Shown here: positions 31,603 through 43,100 of the stretch, one piece after another
Layout of the letters: each line of letters opens with the position of its first letter
How positions within the stretch are numbered: position 1 is the stretch's first letter
Source of the DNA: an uncultured Spirochaetota bacterium
Lineage (GTDB): Bacteria > Spirochaetota > Spirochaetia > SZUA-6 > CAVTHK01
Direction of reading: 5' to 3'
NCBI GenBank assembly: GCA_963734495.1
Contig: CAVTHK010000003.1
Location: forward strand, 96,001-160,000
DNA length: 64,000 bases
Program-made: the position numbers and the translations under genes
Notes under the pieces: model-generated
What the model saw: only the letters and a program-made list of their open reading frames with translations
The model's database searches: none
What the model was told of the DNA's origin: nothing

Positions 31603-32304
31603 GGCTGCGCCTCCCGCCGCGGCGGGGACGCGCCTCTCGTCCGAGGCGATCGTCCCGTCGTGCAGGCGCACGAGCCGGTGCGCGCGGCCCATCACCATCG
31701 GGTCGTGCGTGGAAAAGACGAACGTCGTGCCGTGCCGCTCGTTCATGCGCTCCATCAGCTCGAGGATCGCGCCGCCGTTGTCCGAGTCCAGGTTGGCCGT
31801 CGGCTCGTCGGCGAGCACGATGGCGGGCTGCTTGACCAGCGCGCGGGCGATCGCCACGCGCTGCTGCTGGCCGCCGGAGAGCTTGCCGGGCAGGCTGTTC
31901 TCGCGGCCCGCGAGCCCGACCTCGGCCAGGAAGGCCCTGCTGCGCTCGCGCGCCTCCCGCTCCCCGGCGCCGAGCAGCGACAGCGCAAGCTCCACGTTCT
32001 CCGCCGCGGTCAGCACCGGAATCAGGTTGAAGGTCTGGAACACGAAGCCGAGCCGCTGCCTGCGGAACAGGGCGAGCTCGCGGTTGTCCATCCGCGACAC
32101 GGCCTTCCCGTCGATCGTGATCTCCCCGGCGTCGGGCCGGTCGATGCAGCCGATGAGGTTCAGCAGCGTCGTCTTTCCCGATCCCGATGGGCCCGCGATC
32201 GCGAGGAACTCTCCCGGCGCGATGGCGAGCGTCACCCCGCGCAGCGCCCTGACCTCGGTCTCGCCCGCCCGATACGTCCGTTCCACGTTGCTGATGCGGA
32301 TCAC
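31599..32304 (-). CDS. ABC transporter ATP-binding protein (LolD-like)
   Basis: GPSGSGKT, LSGGQQQRVAIARAL, LADEPT. Reads through into the permease in this sequence; true stop uncertain. Confidence 0.9.
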
Positions 32305-33048
32305 CGCGCGCCTCCCGCGTCCCCGCCCGCCGGGACCGCGGCCGCGCCCTCCGGCCGCGCGAGGGTCCGGCGGAAGCTCTCGAGCACCCGTCTCGTGGGG
32401 TCGGCCAGGTGAAGGCTTCCGGCCGCCGCGCCGAGCAGCCGTTCGGCCGCCTCCTCGTACACGGCGAACATCCGCTCGGCCGTCGGCCAGGCGCTCGGGC
32501 CTGCTCTCGGCCTCCATGAGGAGCCGCGCAAAGCGCTCGCCCAGCCCGGACCACGTGCGCAGGAAGATCTCCGCCGATTCCTCGGGGTACCGTGTGTTGA
32601 AGATCCCTTCATCTACCCCTTGGCGGACGATCTGCGCGTAGAGGGGCACCGCCTTCGCGAGCATCCGCTCGGTCATCCTGTGCCTGGCCACGAGGTTGTC
32701 CGGCCTGTAAAAGACGCGGAGGTATCGCAGCAGCATGGCGGCGTGCATGCTCTTGATCCCGCCCGCGACGTCGTGAACCTTGCGCAGCTTCTCGGTGGCC
32801 GCGTCGCTCCCGGCGACGATCGGGCTGATGGCGTCGAAGAGCCGCGCGGAGATCTCGTCGACGAGATCGTTGAGCAGATCTTCCTTGCCTGCGAAGTAGT
32901 GGTAGAAGGTCCCCTTCGCGATTCCGGCCTTCTCGATGATCGCGTTCACCGTGGTGTCCTCGTAGCCCGTCGAATCGAAGAGGGCCTGCGCGCAGGCGAG
33001 GATCTCGCCGCGTCGCACGTCATGCTCTTTGACGACCCTGGGACGCAT
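32301..33048 (-). CDS. TetR/AcrR-family regulator (frameshift near 32485)
   Basis: GYEDTTVNAIIEKAGIAKGTFYHYF. Confidence 0.9.
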
Positions 33049-33097
33049 ATGTGCTGGCCCCCTTCCCGAACCGGCATCCCCCGCCCGACCGCGTCGG

Positions 33098-33126
33098 ATA
33101 CTATCGACCGACCGTCGGTCGGTCAA
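33098..33126 (-). promoter_or_regulatory. Promoter with overlapping TetR operator
   Basis: TTGACC-17 bp-TAGTAT overlapped by the perfect 9-1-9 palindrome GACCGACCG-T-CGGTCGGTC (33106-33124). Confidence 0.8.
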
Positions 33127-33218
33127 GTCAGGATAATGCTGAAGGGCTGCATGCGTCAAGCCGCGCCGCGGGGTTGCGAATTTCGCCTTCCGCCACCGGT
33201 CCCGCATCCGCTTTTCGC

Positions 33219-33247
33219 TTGACAGCCACCCACCTCTGTCTCAGAAT
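33219..33247 (+). promoter_or_regulatory. sigma70-type promoter
   Basis: TTGACA-17 bp-CAGAAT. Confidence 0.6.
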
Positions 33248-33279
33248 CTTAAGTGACAGGCTTGCAGGAGGTCGCAAGT

Positions 33280-33510
33280 ATGGCAGACATCGCCAGGGTG
33301 TTGCTGGACGAGATCCGGACCTACGAGAACACACCCGACGTCGGCGTTGAGGTCACCAAGGGCAAGGGCCTGTTCAACCGCCGCAAGGTGATCCACGTGT
33401 TCGGCGCGGTGAGCTCCGACATCGTCAAGCAGAAGATCGGCGACATCGCGCAGAAGCACGCCGGCGACATCTTCGACGTGGCCAACGAGCTGCGCGTCAA
33501 GGCGCACTGA
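33280..33510 (+). CDS. Small BON-like domain protein
   Basis: AGGAGG RBS; VIHVFGAV..K.KI..IA...DVANELRV resembles BON. Family tentative. Confidence 0.65.
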   Translation: MADIARVLLDEIRTYENTPDVGVEVTKGKGLFNRRKVIHVFGAVSSDIVKQKIGDIAQKHAGDIFDVANELRVKAH

Positions 33511-33582
33511 GCCCAGGCCGGGAATCCATTCCTCTGCTCCGCCGCGCCGGCCCGCAGGCGCGCGGCAGGGCGTTACTGAGTC

Positions 33583-33611
33583 TTGACAATCCCGTAGCGC
33601 TCTCCTAGCCT
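33583..33611 (+). promoter_or_regulatory. sigma70-type promoter of the phosphofructokinase gene
   Basis: TTGACA-17 bp-TAGCCT. Confidence 0.55.
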
Positions 33612-33674
33612 TCGCGTCGAAGAGGCCGCGGAAGCGGCGTCTTCGCACCCTGTCGTTTGTTCCAGGAGCCAATC

Positions 33675-34964
33675 GTGAGACGCAACGCCATCGTCGCGCA
33701 GTCCGGCGGTCCTTCGCCCGTCATCAACGCCTCCCTTGCCGGCGTCATCGAGGGCTGCGGCGATTACCCCGATCGCATCGGCAGGCTGTACGCGGCCTGG
33801 CACGGCGTCGAGGGGCTGCTTCGCGAGGAGCTGATCGACCTCGGCGCCCAGCCGCGCGACGAGATCGCGCTGCTGCGCACCACGCCGGCCGCGGGCGCGA
33901 TCGGCAGCTGCCGCTACAAGCTCAAGGAGCAGCAGGGCGAGGACTTCGAGCGGCTGATCCGCGTGATGCAGGCCCACGATGTCGGCTGGTTCTTCTACAT
34001 CGGGGGCAACGACTCCATGGACACGGCGGGCAAGGTCTCGAACCTCGCCCGCGAGCACGGGATCGACCTCGTCGCCACCGGCGTGCCCAAGACGATCGAC
34101 AACGATGTCGGCGACCCCGAGTTCCGCCTGATCGATCACACGCCCGGCTACGGGAGCTGCGCCCGGTACTGGGCCTACCTCGTCCAGAACCTGGAAGAAG
34201 AAAACTGCGGCATGTCGCCATCGGAGCCGGTCTGCGTCGTCCAGGCCATGGGGCGCAAGAGCGGCTGGATCCCCGCGGCGGTGCGGCTCGGCGACCCGGA
34301 CCGCAGGATGCCGATCCAGATCTACTTTGCCGAGAGCCGGCATTCCCTCGAGTCGCTCGGCGAGAACGTGCGCGCCGCAGGTTTCACGCAGCGGCCGCTG
34401 CATCGTCGTGGTGAGCGAGGGCTTCGACGTCGGCAGCCTCGGCGAGGCCCGCGACGGCTTCGGCCACGTCGAGTACGGCGCGAGCCGCACGACGGTGGCG
34501 CAGGTGATCACCAACTACCTGAACGATCTCGGGCCTGGGAGTCGCCGGCCAGGCGACCGGCCAGAGCCCCGGGGTGATCCAGCGCTCGGTCTCGATCTTC
34601 GCCTCGGCCGTCGACATCGAGGAGGCCTACCAGGTCGGCCGCAAGGCCGTCTCGGTCGCCGTCGAGGAGGGCAGCGGATGGATGGCCACGATCCTCCGCA
34701 GGCCGGGCGCCGCCTACCAGGCGTACTACGACAAGGTCCCCCTCGAGCAGGTCGCCAACTCGGAGCGCCGCCTGCCCCCGTCCTGGATCAGCGCCGACGG
34801 GCTGGACGTCACCGACGACTTCGTGCGGTACGCGCGGCCCCTGATCGGAGACGGCTGGCCCGCCGCGCCGATCGAGCGCGGGCATCCAGCGGTTCGCCCG
34901 CCTGAAGATCGCGCTCCTGCCGAAGAAGCTGCCGGCGTACACGCCGATGAACGCCCGCGGCTGA
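33675..34964 (+). CDS. pfp: Phosphofructokinase, probably PPi-dependent (frameshifted)
   Basis: AQSGGPSPVINAS, IGGNDSMDT (Asp signature of PPi-dependent enzymes), PKTIDND, DHTPGYGS, MGR. Confidence 0.88.
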
Positions 34965-34968
34965 GGCG

Positions 34969-36365
34969 TCAGCCGGGCGGGAGCCGGCAGCGTCCTCGCG
35001 ATCTCGGCGATCCGGTAGCCGAAGCCCGGGCCGCCGAGCGTGGACAGGTCGATCATGCCGTCGCGGCGGCTGTAGAGCCCGGGGTGCACCGCGGCCTCCG
35101 GCCGCGAGGCCTCGGGGTAGAACTGCATCGCGTTCGTCTCGACCCCCATGATGGTGCCCGCGTGCGCCGCGAGCAGCACGTGCGGGATCTGCGCGAGCAT
35201 CGGGTTGGTGAGGTCCTGCACCATCAGCGTCATGCCGTGCGCCTTGGCCCAGCACAGCGAGAGCAGCGCGCCCGTCTGCGTCTTGCAGGTCTTGAGCGCC
35301 ACGCCGGTCCAGCCGAGCCGGCGGCCGAGGCGGACGAGGCGCCAGTCGTGCGCGCTCTCGTCCATGAACAGCGGCTTGCGCGCCGCGACGCTGTGCACGT
35401 CGATCTGGTGCTCCTCCAGGTCGTAGGGGAACGGCTGCTCGACGTAGAGGATCATGCCGTAGATGCGCGGCTCGTCCGCGATCAGCCGGTCGAGGATCTC
35501 GTTGACGTAGCCGCGGCTCGGAGACCGTGCAGTTGAAGTCGGCGCTGAGCCACTCGCACGCCCTTCTCGCGGCGCGATGCGGCCCACCTGCGCGAGCCGC
35601 TCGTAGTCCCACTCCGCGTCGTTGCCCGTGAGCTTGACCTTGAGGCACTTCAGCCCGTCGCGCTCGATCCAGTCGCGCAGCAGCACCGGGTAGCCGTCGT
35701 CGGGCTCGCCGCCGGTGAGCTCGCTCGGCTCGATCAGGTCCTTGCCCCCGACGAGGTGCCAGGCGCGCAGCCTGCCTGCCGGCGACAGGCGCGACGAAAT
35801 CGCGCGGGTACAGGCCCTTGAAGCTCACGGCGCTGCCCTCGGCGGGCCGCAGGTAGGCCGACGAGGTCGCGGTTCATGTGCTCGGGCCCGTAGGTCTGGT
35901 ACACCGGGAGCCCCAGGAGGTTGCCGTAGGCGTCGTGGACCGCGATGTCGAACGGGGAGAAGCAGACCAGCGCGGCCAGCCAGGGCATGGCCGGCTGCCC
36001 GCCGGCGCCCGCGGCGCGCCAGCGCCGGCGCAGCTCGCCTTCGACAAAGCCCTGCCCGATCTCGATCGGGTGCCCCCTGTCGCCGAAGCTCGCGAACGCC
36101 GCGCTCGAGGCCGAGGACCAGTGTCCTTGAGCGCGCGGTGGCGCGGCTCGTACGGGTCGCTGCTCGGCCACACCCACTGCACGCTGAGCGGCGTCTCCCC
36201 CCAGCCTTCGGCGCTGCGTCCCTTGCGGTCCTCGACGCGGACGCGCACGCGGGCGAGCGTCACCGAGGTGAGCGTCTCGGGGCCGAACTTGAGCGGCACG
36301 CGCGTCTGCACGGGAAGGAAGAAGACCTCGCTCTCCCTGATGACGATGTCGGTGCTCTTCGCCAT
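34969..36365 (-). CDS. Mandelate racemase/muconate lactonizing (enolase superfamily) protein (frameshifted)
   Basis: TRVPLKFG, GWGETPL, LKVKL, ADFN, YVEQP, MDES, ALKTCK, GPGFG. Confidence 0.85.
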
Positions 36366-36382
36366 TGCAGTTCTCCCCCGGA

Positions 36383-37445
36383 TCAGACTTCCGGCGCGGA
36401 TGACCATCCCGAGGATGTCGTCCGGATTCTCGAGCGCGGCCGAGGTCTCCTCGTCGATGCGCGCCAGGGCGACCCTGTGGGTCGTCAGCGAGTCGACGGG
36501 GAGCTTCTTTTCGGCGATCAGGCGCATGCACAGCTCGAGGTTGGTCCGAGTCGTCCAGCGCATGAACACCGGCGGATACGCGCCGCCGACCTCCCACGCG
36601 GTGTCGTGGTAGCCGGGGCCAGTGCGCGAAGAGCGCCGGATGTCGATGTTCGTGAGAGGGCTCGTGTAGGCGAAGCTCGCGCCGCCCACCACCACGATGA
36701 TGCCCATCGGGTGCCCGTCCGGCGAGACCTTCATCGATTTGAGCAGGCTCGTCATCGCCGAATCGGCGTTGCCGCCGAACGCGAGCACGGCGTCGTCGAG
36801 GCCGGCGCCGCCGCTCCAGGCGCGCGTCGCCGCGACCTCGTCCTCTGTGCCGACGCGCGCCGTCGCGTCGATCCCCCACCCGCGGGCGATCTCCAGGCGG
36901 CGCTCGAACGTGTCCCATCCGATCACGCAGCAGCCCGCGAGCTGGTAGAGCCGGGCGGCGAGCTGGCCGACGAGACCGAGGCCCGCCACCGCCGCGAAGT
37001 CGCCGAACTCCGGGCGGCCGCGCCGCAGCGCGTGCAGCGCGGTGGCCGCCAGCATCGCGTACGCGCCCTGCTCGAACGTCACCGCGGCCGGCAGCTTGAC
37101 GCACAGGTTGTGAGGGATCACCGCGGTGTCGGCGTGCATGGCGTACCCGCCGCCGATCCCGGCAATCCGGTCGCCCGCCTTGAAGTCGTCCACGCCGTCG
37201 CCGCAGGCGAGGACGACGCCGGAGTTGCTGTAGCCGAAAGGCTTGGGCTTCGCCGCGGTGTCGGGGTTGCGCCGCAGCGCCGCAAAGCCGTGCCAGCCGC
37301 GGAGCTCCGTGCCGGGGCTCACGAGCGACGCGCGCACCTCCACCAGCAGCATACCCGGCTTCAGCGCGGGGACGTCCTGCTCGATCAGCCGGATGTGCCC
37401 GTCGCCGTATGTGGCGGCGACTTTTCGTTTCCGCGGGTACGCCAC
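36383..37445 (-). CDS. MDR / zinc-binding alcohol dehydrogenase family protein
   Basis: SLVSPGTE, PFGYSNSG, GLGLVGQ, SRTGPGYHD, RWT..N. 3' end inferred. Confidence 0.85.
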
Positions 37446-37530
37446 TGCGTATCTCCTTTGCGCTCCAGACTATCGGACAACGGGGCGGCCGCGCAAGGAA
37501 GCGCCGTGCTCCCGTGTGCCCCCGCGGGCG

Positions 37531-38326
37531 CTACACGGCCTCCGGCTCGATCTCCAGGCCGTCGCAGGCGACGCCGACCCTCGCGCCGTTTTCGCGGAGG
37601 AGCCTGGCCTCGAGGTCGGCGTGGAGCACGTCGTGGCAGATGTGAGTGAGCAGGGCCCGCCGCGGCGCCAGCCTGCGCACCACCGACAGCGCCTCGTCCA
37701 CGCTGAGATGCGAGACGTGAGGCCGGTAGCGCAGGCCGTCGATGACCAGCAGCCGCAGGCCGCCGAGCGCCCGGACGGCCGCCTCCGGCAGCCGCGAGAC
37801 GTCGGGCAGGTAGGCGCAGTCCGCGAACCGGTATCCGAACACTTCGGTGTTGCCGTGCAGGACCGGGATCGGCCGGAACTCGATTGCCGCAGACCTCGAA
37901 TGGGCCGTCGACGGGCCTCAGGTCCAGCGCGGCGACCCCGCCGCCCCTGTGCGCCGTCCGGCCCTCGAAGAGGTAGCGGAAGGCGTGCTCGCGGAGGTAC
38001 TGCAGGTGGTCCGCCGGCCCGTACACCGGCAGGCTCCCGCGGCCGCGGGACGTGAAGACGCGCAGGTCGTCGATGCCGGCGATGTGGTCGTAGTGCGCGT
38101 GGGTGATCAGCAGCGCATCGAGCCGCGCGAGGCGCTGCCGCAGCGCCTGGATGCGGAAGTCGCGGCCGCAGTCGAGCAGGATGCGGTGCTCGCCGGCGGA
38201 CACGAGCAGGGAGGCGTTCGTCCGGTTGTCCCGCGGGTCCGCGGAGCGGCAGGTCGCGCAGTCGCAGCCGATCATGGGGACTCCGTGGCTCGTCCCCGAC
38301 CCCAGCACCGTTATTCGCACGTCCAT
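37531..38326 (-). CDS. MBL-fold hydrolase, PhnP-like (frameshifted)
   Basis: LGSGTSHGVPMIGCDCATC, THAHYDHIAGIDDLR, HVSH, LTHICH. Confidence 0.9.
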
Positions 38327-38631
38327 CCGGGTCCTCTCGCGCCCTTTTCGCGGCAGGGCTTCGCGATACGGCCGGCCGAGGGTACACCGTACGCTGCCGC
38401 TCCCGCAAACGCCCCGCCTGGTCCCCCTGATCCCCCGTGATCCCCGCGGAAACGGCCCCGCCGGCCGGGCGCAGGCTCCCCGGGATTGTGGAGAGCCTGA
38501 TAATACTGTTAAATTAAAGCTCCATCTCGCCGTTATATAATATGAGGTGACGCACCCGGTGCCCAGACGCGGTGGAGCTTCGTTGCAGGCCGGGGTATCC
38601 CGGATCAGAGAGGGAAGCAGCGGCAGTCCAT

Positions 38632-39656
38632 ATGACCAGGCAACAGGTACGGGAGTTCGTCCGCGCCGTCCCCAAGACGGAGATCCACCTGCACCTCGAA
38701 GCGATCGCGACCGCCGACACGATCTGGCGCCTGATCGAGCGGCACAAGCTGTCGCTGCCCGGCATCAGCGACCCAGAAGCAGCTGCGTGCGCAAGTTCAA
38801 GGTGCGCAGCCTGGACGAGTTCGTCGACCTGTTCATCAACGTCATCCAGAACTGCTTCCGCAGCGGCGAGGACCTCGACCTCGTCCTCAAGCGACGCGCG
38901 GGACTACCTCTCGCGCAACAACATCTTCTACGCCGAGATCTTCATCGCGCCCTCGAAGCTGATCATGAACGGGGTCCCCTTCGAGACCGTGATCGACAGG
39001 CTCGACGAGGGCATGGACCGGATCAAGGCCGCGGACGGAATCGACATCCGCTTCATCGTGGACGTCTCGCGCAGCTACGGCGTGGAAAACGCCCGCAAGA
39101 ACCTCGATCTCACCCTCAAGCACCGCGGCCGCAGCGTGATCGGCATCGGGCTCGGCGGCGCCGAAGCGACGGGACCGGCGAGGGACTACGCCGACATCTT
39201 CGCCAGGGCGTCGACAGCGGCCTGCGCGTCGTGGCGCATGCGGGCGAGGACATCGGGCCCGAGTCGATCTGGGACGCGATCCGCATCCTCAAGGCCTCGC
39301 GCATCGGGCACGGCATCAGCGCCATCCAGGACGAGGAGCTGATGGACTATCTGGCGGAAAAGCAGATCCCGCTCGAGATCTGCCCGACGAGCAACCTGTT
39401 CACCCGCAAGTACGTCACGAAGCTCACCAACCATCCGATCCGCGCGTTCTACGACCGCGGCCTCAAGGTCACCGTGAACACCGACGACCCGTCGGTGTTC
39501 GACGTCGAGCTGGTCGACGAGTACATGAAGCTCATGAACGGGGGCTTCTTCAAGATCGAGGAGATCGTCACCCTCATCCGCAACGGCCTGTTCTCGACCT
39601 TCCTCCCGGTCCGGGAGAAGGCTGCCCACTGGAAGACGCCATCTCCAAGCTCATAG
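38632..39656 (+). CDS. add: Adenosine deaminase (frameshifted)
   Basis: PKTEIHLHLE, GLGGAE, HAGE, RIGHG, EICPTSN, NTDDP. Confidence 0.93.
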
Positions 39657-39699
39657 CCGAGCGGGGAGTGCGCGCCGACCGGGAGTAGGGCCGCAAGCG

Positions 39700-40290
39700 T
39701 CAGCGCAGCCGTCCGTTCGCGATGTCGTCCACCACCCGCCAGTAAAGATCGTGCTCGGCCGCGAGGACTCGCTCGGCCAGAGACTGCGGGGTGTCTCCCG
39801 GGAGCACGGCGACCCTGGCCTGGCGGGCCACAGGTCCATGGTCGTAGTCCTCGTCCACGAAGTGCACGGTCACTCCGCTCTCCGCGTCGCCCGAGCGCAG
39901 CACCGCCTCGTGAACTCGCGGCCCGTACATGCCCTGCCCGCCGTACCGGGGGAGCAGGGCGGGGTGGATGTTGAGGATCCTCCGGGGGTACCGCCTCACG
40001 ATCTCGGGCGGCAGCTTCTTCATGTAGCCGGTGAGCAGGATCAGCTCGATGCGCTCCTCCGCGAGCAGCGCGAGGAGCGCCCGCGCCAGCTCGCCCGCGC
40101 CGGGGTGGGTGCGGCTCGACAGGTGCAGCGCGCGGATCCCTCGCGCGCGCGCGACGGCCAGCGCTCCCGCGTCGCTGTTGTTGCTCACCACGAGCCGCAC
40201 CTCGGCGTTGCGCAGGCTCCCGTCGTCGATGCGAGCCAGGATCGCGGCGAGATTGCTCCCGCGGCCCGAGGCGAAAGCGGCTACGTTCAC
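39700..40290 (-). CDS. purN: Phosphoribosylglycinamide formyltransferase
   Basis: ASGRGSNL, ILNIHPALLP, SGVTVHFVDEDYDHGP. Confidence 0.95.
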   Translation of the reverse strand: MNVAAFASGRGSNLAAILARIDDGSLRNAEVRLVVSNNSDAGALAVARARGIRALHLSSRTHPGAGELARALLALLAEERIELILLTGYMKKLPPEIVRRYPRRILNIHPALLPRYGGQGMYGPRVHEAVLRSGDAESGVTVHFVDEDYDHGPVARQARVAVLPGDTPQSLAERVLAAEHDLYWRVVDDIANGRLR

Positions 40291-40485
40291 GATCTCAAGA
40301 GCTAACACGCGGGTGCCCTCCGGTCAACCGGCAGAAAGCCAGACGAGGAGCGCCCCGGTGTGATATGCCTGTGCGGAGGCGATATACTGGATGCTGCCGC
40401 CGCGGCCGCGACCGGCCCTGGCGCAAGGCCCGGCGAGTACGCCGGGCATGGGACCTGGCGAAGACGCCAGGTCGTAGGAGGGACA

Positions 40486-41228
40486 ATGAGACGGAGGATG
40501 GCGCTGGCGGCGGTGGCTGCTGCGGCAGCCCTGCTGCTGAGCTCCTGCATCGGGGTCGAGAGCCGCGTGACGTTTCACAACGACGGATCGGGAGTGCTGA
40601 AGATCGAGTACAGGATCGCAAAGTCGCTCGCGGATCTCGGCAAGGAGGGGACGTCGCAGGTTCCGCTGCCCGTCGACGAGCAGGAGCTGCGCAAGGCGCT
40701 GAGCGACGCCAAGGGCGTCAAGCTGATCGGGACCAGCCGCCGCGAGGATGAGAAGGACGTCTACATCACCGCGGAGGTCGCTTTCGATCGCATCGAATCG
40801 CTCGCGGAGGTCGACGCGTTCAAAGACATGCCCATGAGCCTCGAGAAGTCGGGGAACGACTGTCGTCTTCCGGCAGGTGATCTCCGCCCGCCCCGCGGCG
40901 CCGCAGGCGATCGAGGCCGCGGGAGCAGCGGCCCCGGCGGCCGGGGCCGCCGCGGGGACCGCAGAGGCGGGCGCGCCGACCGCTCCGGCGGCCGAGGCCG
41001 CCGCGGCGACAGGCGAGTCGGCCGCTCAGTCCGACAAGGAGCTCGCCGCGATGTTCTCGGCCCTTTTTGAAGGCTACGAGCTCGTCTTCTTCGGTGAACG
41101 CGCCGCGGCCGATCAAGTCGAGCAGCGCCGGAGAGATTTCGGCCGACCGGAGGACCGTGACCTACCGGCTGCCGGTCGAAAAGGTGGTGGAGCTCCCGCC
41201 GGAGACCGCCTTCACCGTGACCTGGTAG
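40486..41228 (+). CDS. Hypothetical lipoprotein (frameshifted)
   Basis: AGGAGG RBS, lipobox LLSSC, DGSG motif, Ala/Glu linker. Confidence 0.7.
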
Positions 41229-41260
41229 CGGAGGGGGATCCCGGGAGCCGCCCGCCGTCG

Positions 41261-43100
41261 CTACGGTTTCTCGTCGAGGAACTGCCGCTCGTAGAGCTCG
41301 CGGTACAGCCCGCCCCGGGCCATCAGCTCGTCGTGACTGCCGCGGTCGACGATGCGGCCGTCGCTCAGCACGCAGGTGAGGTCGGCGCGGCGCACGGTGC
41401 TCAGCCGGTGCGCGATGACGACCGAAGTGCGGCCCGCGAAGAGCCTCGAGAGCGCGTCCTGGATGAGCGCCTCGGTGAGCGTGTCGACGCTGGCTGTCGC
41501 CTCGTCCAGGATGAAGATCCGCGGGTCCGCGAGCACCGCGCGGGCGATGCAGATCAGCTGCCTCTGCCCGGTCGACAGGTTCGACCCCGCCTTCGCGGAC
41601 GACGGTGCGGTACGCGTCGGGCATCGCTTCGATAAAGTCCGCGGCGTTGGCCGCCCTGGCCGCGCCGCGGATCTCCGCATCGGTCGCACTGCGGCCGCGC
41701 AAAGGCGATGTTGTCGCCGATCGTCCCGGAGAACAGGAACGGGTTCTGCGACACGAGGCCCATGCGGCTGCGCAGCGCCTGCTGGCGGAAGCGCCGCACG
41801 TCGATGTCGTCGACGAGGACGCGGCCCGCGCGTCGCGTCGTAGAAGCGCAGGATCAGGTTCGCGATCGTCGTCTTGCCCGAGCCCGTCGGCCCGACCAGC
41901 GCCACCACGCTGCCCGGCTCGACGGCCAGGTCGATGTCGTGCAGGACGGGGAGCCCCTTGCGGTAGGCGAACGAGACGCCGCGCAGCTCGATGCGGCCCC
42001 GCAGCCTGCGAGGGCTCCAGGCGCGTCGGGGGCGTCCTGGATTTCCGGCTCGGTGTCGAGAAGCGCGAGCACCTTTCTCGCCTCCCGCCATGGCCGCCTG
42101 CATGGTCGTGTAGTTCTGGCTGATCTCCTGTATCGGCTGGAAGAAACGGCCGACGTAGGCGATGAAGGCGACGAGGGTCCCCATCGGTCACCTCGCCCGA
42201 CGTCGCCCAGCGGCCCGCCGAACCACAGCACGACCGCGGTCGCCAGCACCCCGAGAAAGTCGACCATCGGCAGGAAGGTGAACGAGAGGCTCATCGCCTC
42301 GATGTTCGAGTCGCGATTGGACTGGTTCGCCTGGTCGAACTTCTGGCTGCTCGCCTCTTCGCGGCCGAAGGCCTGGATGACCCTCATGCCCGCGATGTTC
42401 TCGGCGAGGTCGCCCACGACGGCGGCGATCCTGCACGCGCGTGTTGCGGTAAGGCGCTCTTGGCGCGGCGCGCGAACCACCAGTCGCGGCGACCATGAGG
42501 GGCAGGACCGAGAACGCGAGCAGGGCGAGGCGCGGCTCGATCCAGAGCATCACGGCCACGATCGCCGACCAGGACGACGCTGTCGCCCACGAAGGTGACG
42601 AGACCCTGCGAGAGGAACTGGTTGATGACCGACACGTCGTTGATGACGCGCGACACGGTTACGCCGATGATCTCGTGGTCGTGGTAGCCCAGGTGCAGCC
42701 GCTGCAGATGGTCGAACAGGCGGCTGCGCAGACTCCGAGCACGTCTCTGGCCGATGACCGAGAGCAGCTGCTGCTGGCCCGGCGCCCGTGATGAAGAGCG
42801 CGACGAACGCAGCGAGAAGCAGCAGCGACTGGCGCGCGAGCCCGGCGGCGTCGCGCGAGGCGATCGTCCGGTCTATGGCCGCGCGGACGAGCAGGGGGAT
42901 GACGAGGCTCAGCCGCGAGTACGCCAGGACCAGGACGAGGGCCGCGGTCATCTGACGCCAGTGGGGACGAGAAACCGCAGCAGCCGCGGAGGCGATCTTG
43001 ACGGTCGAACGTCTTTTCCTCGCCCTCGTGACCGTAGGCGTGGAGCGCTCCTCGGCCGCCCGGACCTCCGCCGTGGCCGCCTGCCGATCGCGAAGCTCAT
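41261..43100 (-). CDS. ABC exporter subunit, TMD plus NBD (frameshifted)
   Basis: GPTGSGKT, LSTGQRQLICIARA, LDEATASVD. Confidence 0.9.

Noticed and set aside
30331-33207. 958-aa TetR-ATPase-permease fusion ORF
   Set aside because: Internal GGAGG-GTG starts with overlapping TGA at 32304 and 31602 indicate separate genes joined by frameshifts. A real ATPase-permease fusion cannot be fully excluded.
35874-37445. Dehydrogenase-enolase fusion ORF
   Set aside because: The enolase has its own RBS and ATG at 36365, and an off-frame TGA lies at 36383; probable indel.
38480-38631. Purine riboswitch upstream of add
   Set aside because: TATAAT here fits a -10 box; the TTTCTACC and CCGTAAA core elements are absent.
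40291-40485. ZTP riboswitch near purN; hairpin GACCTGGCG-AAGA-CGCCAGGTC at 40452-40473
   Set aside because: The hairpin sits next to the divergent lipoprotein RBS and the ZTP consensus elements are missing.
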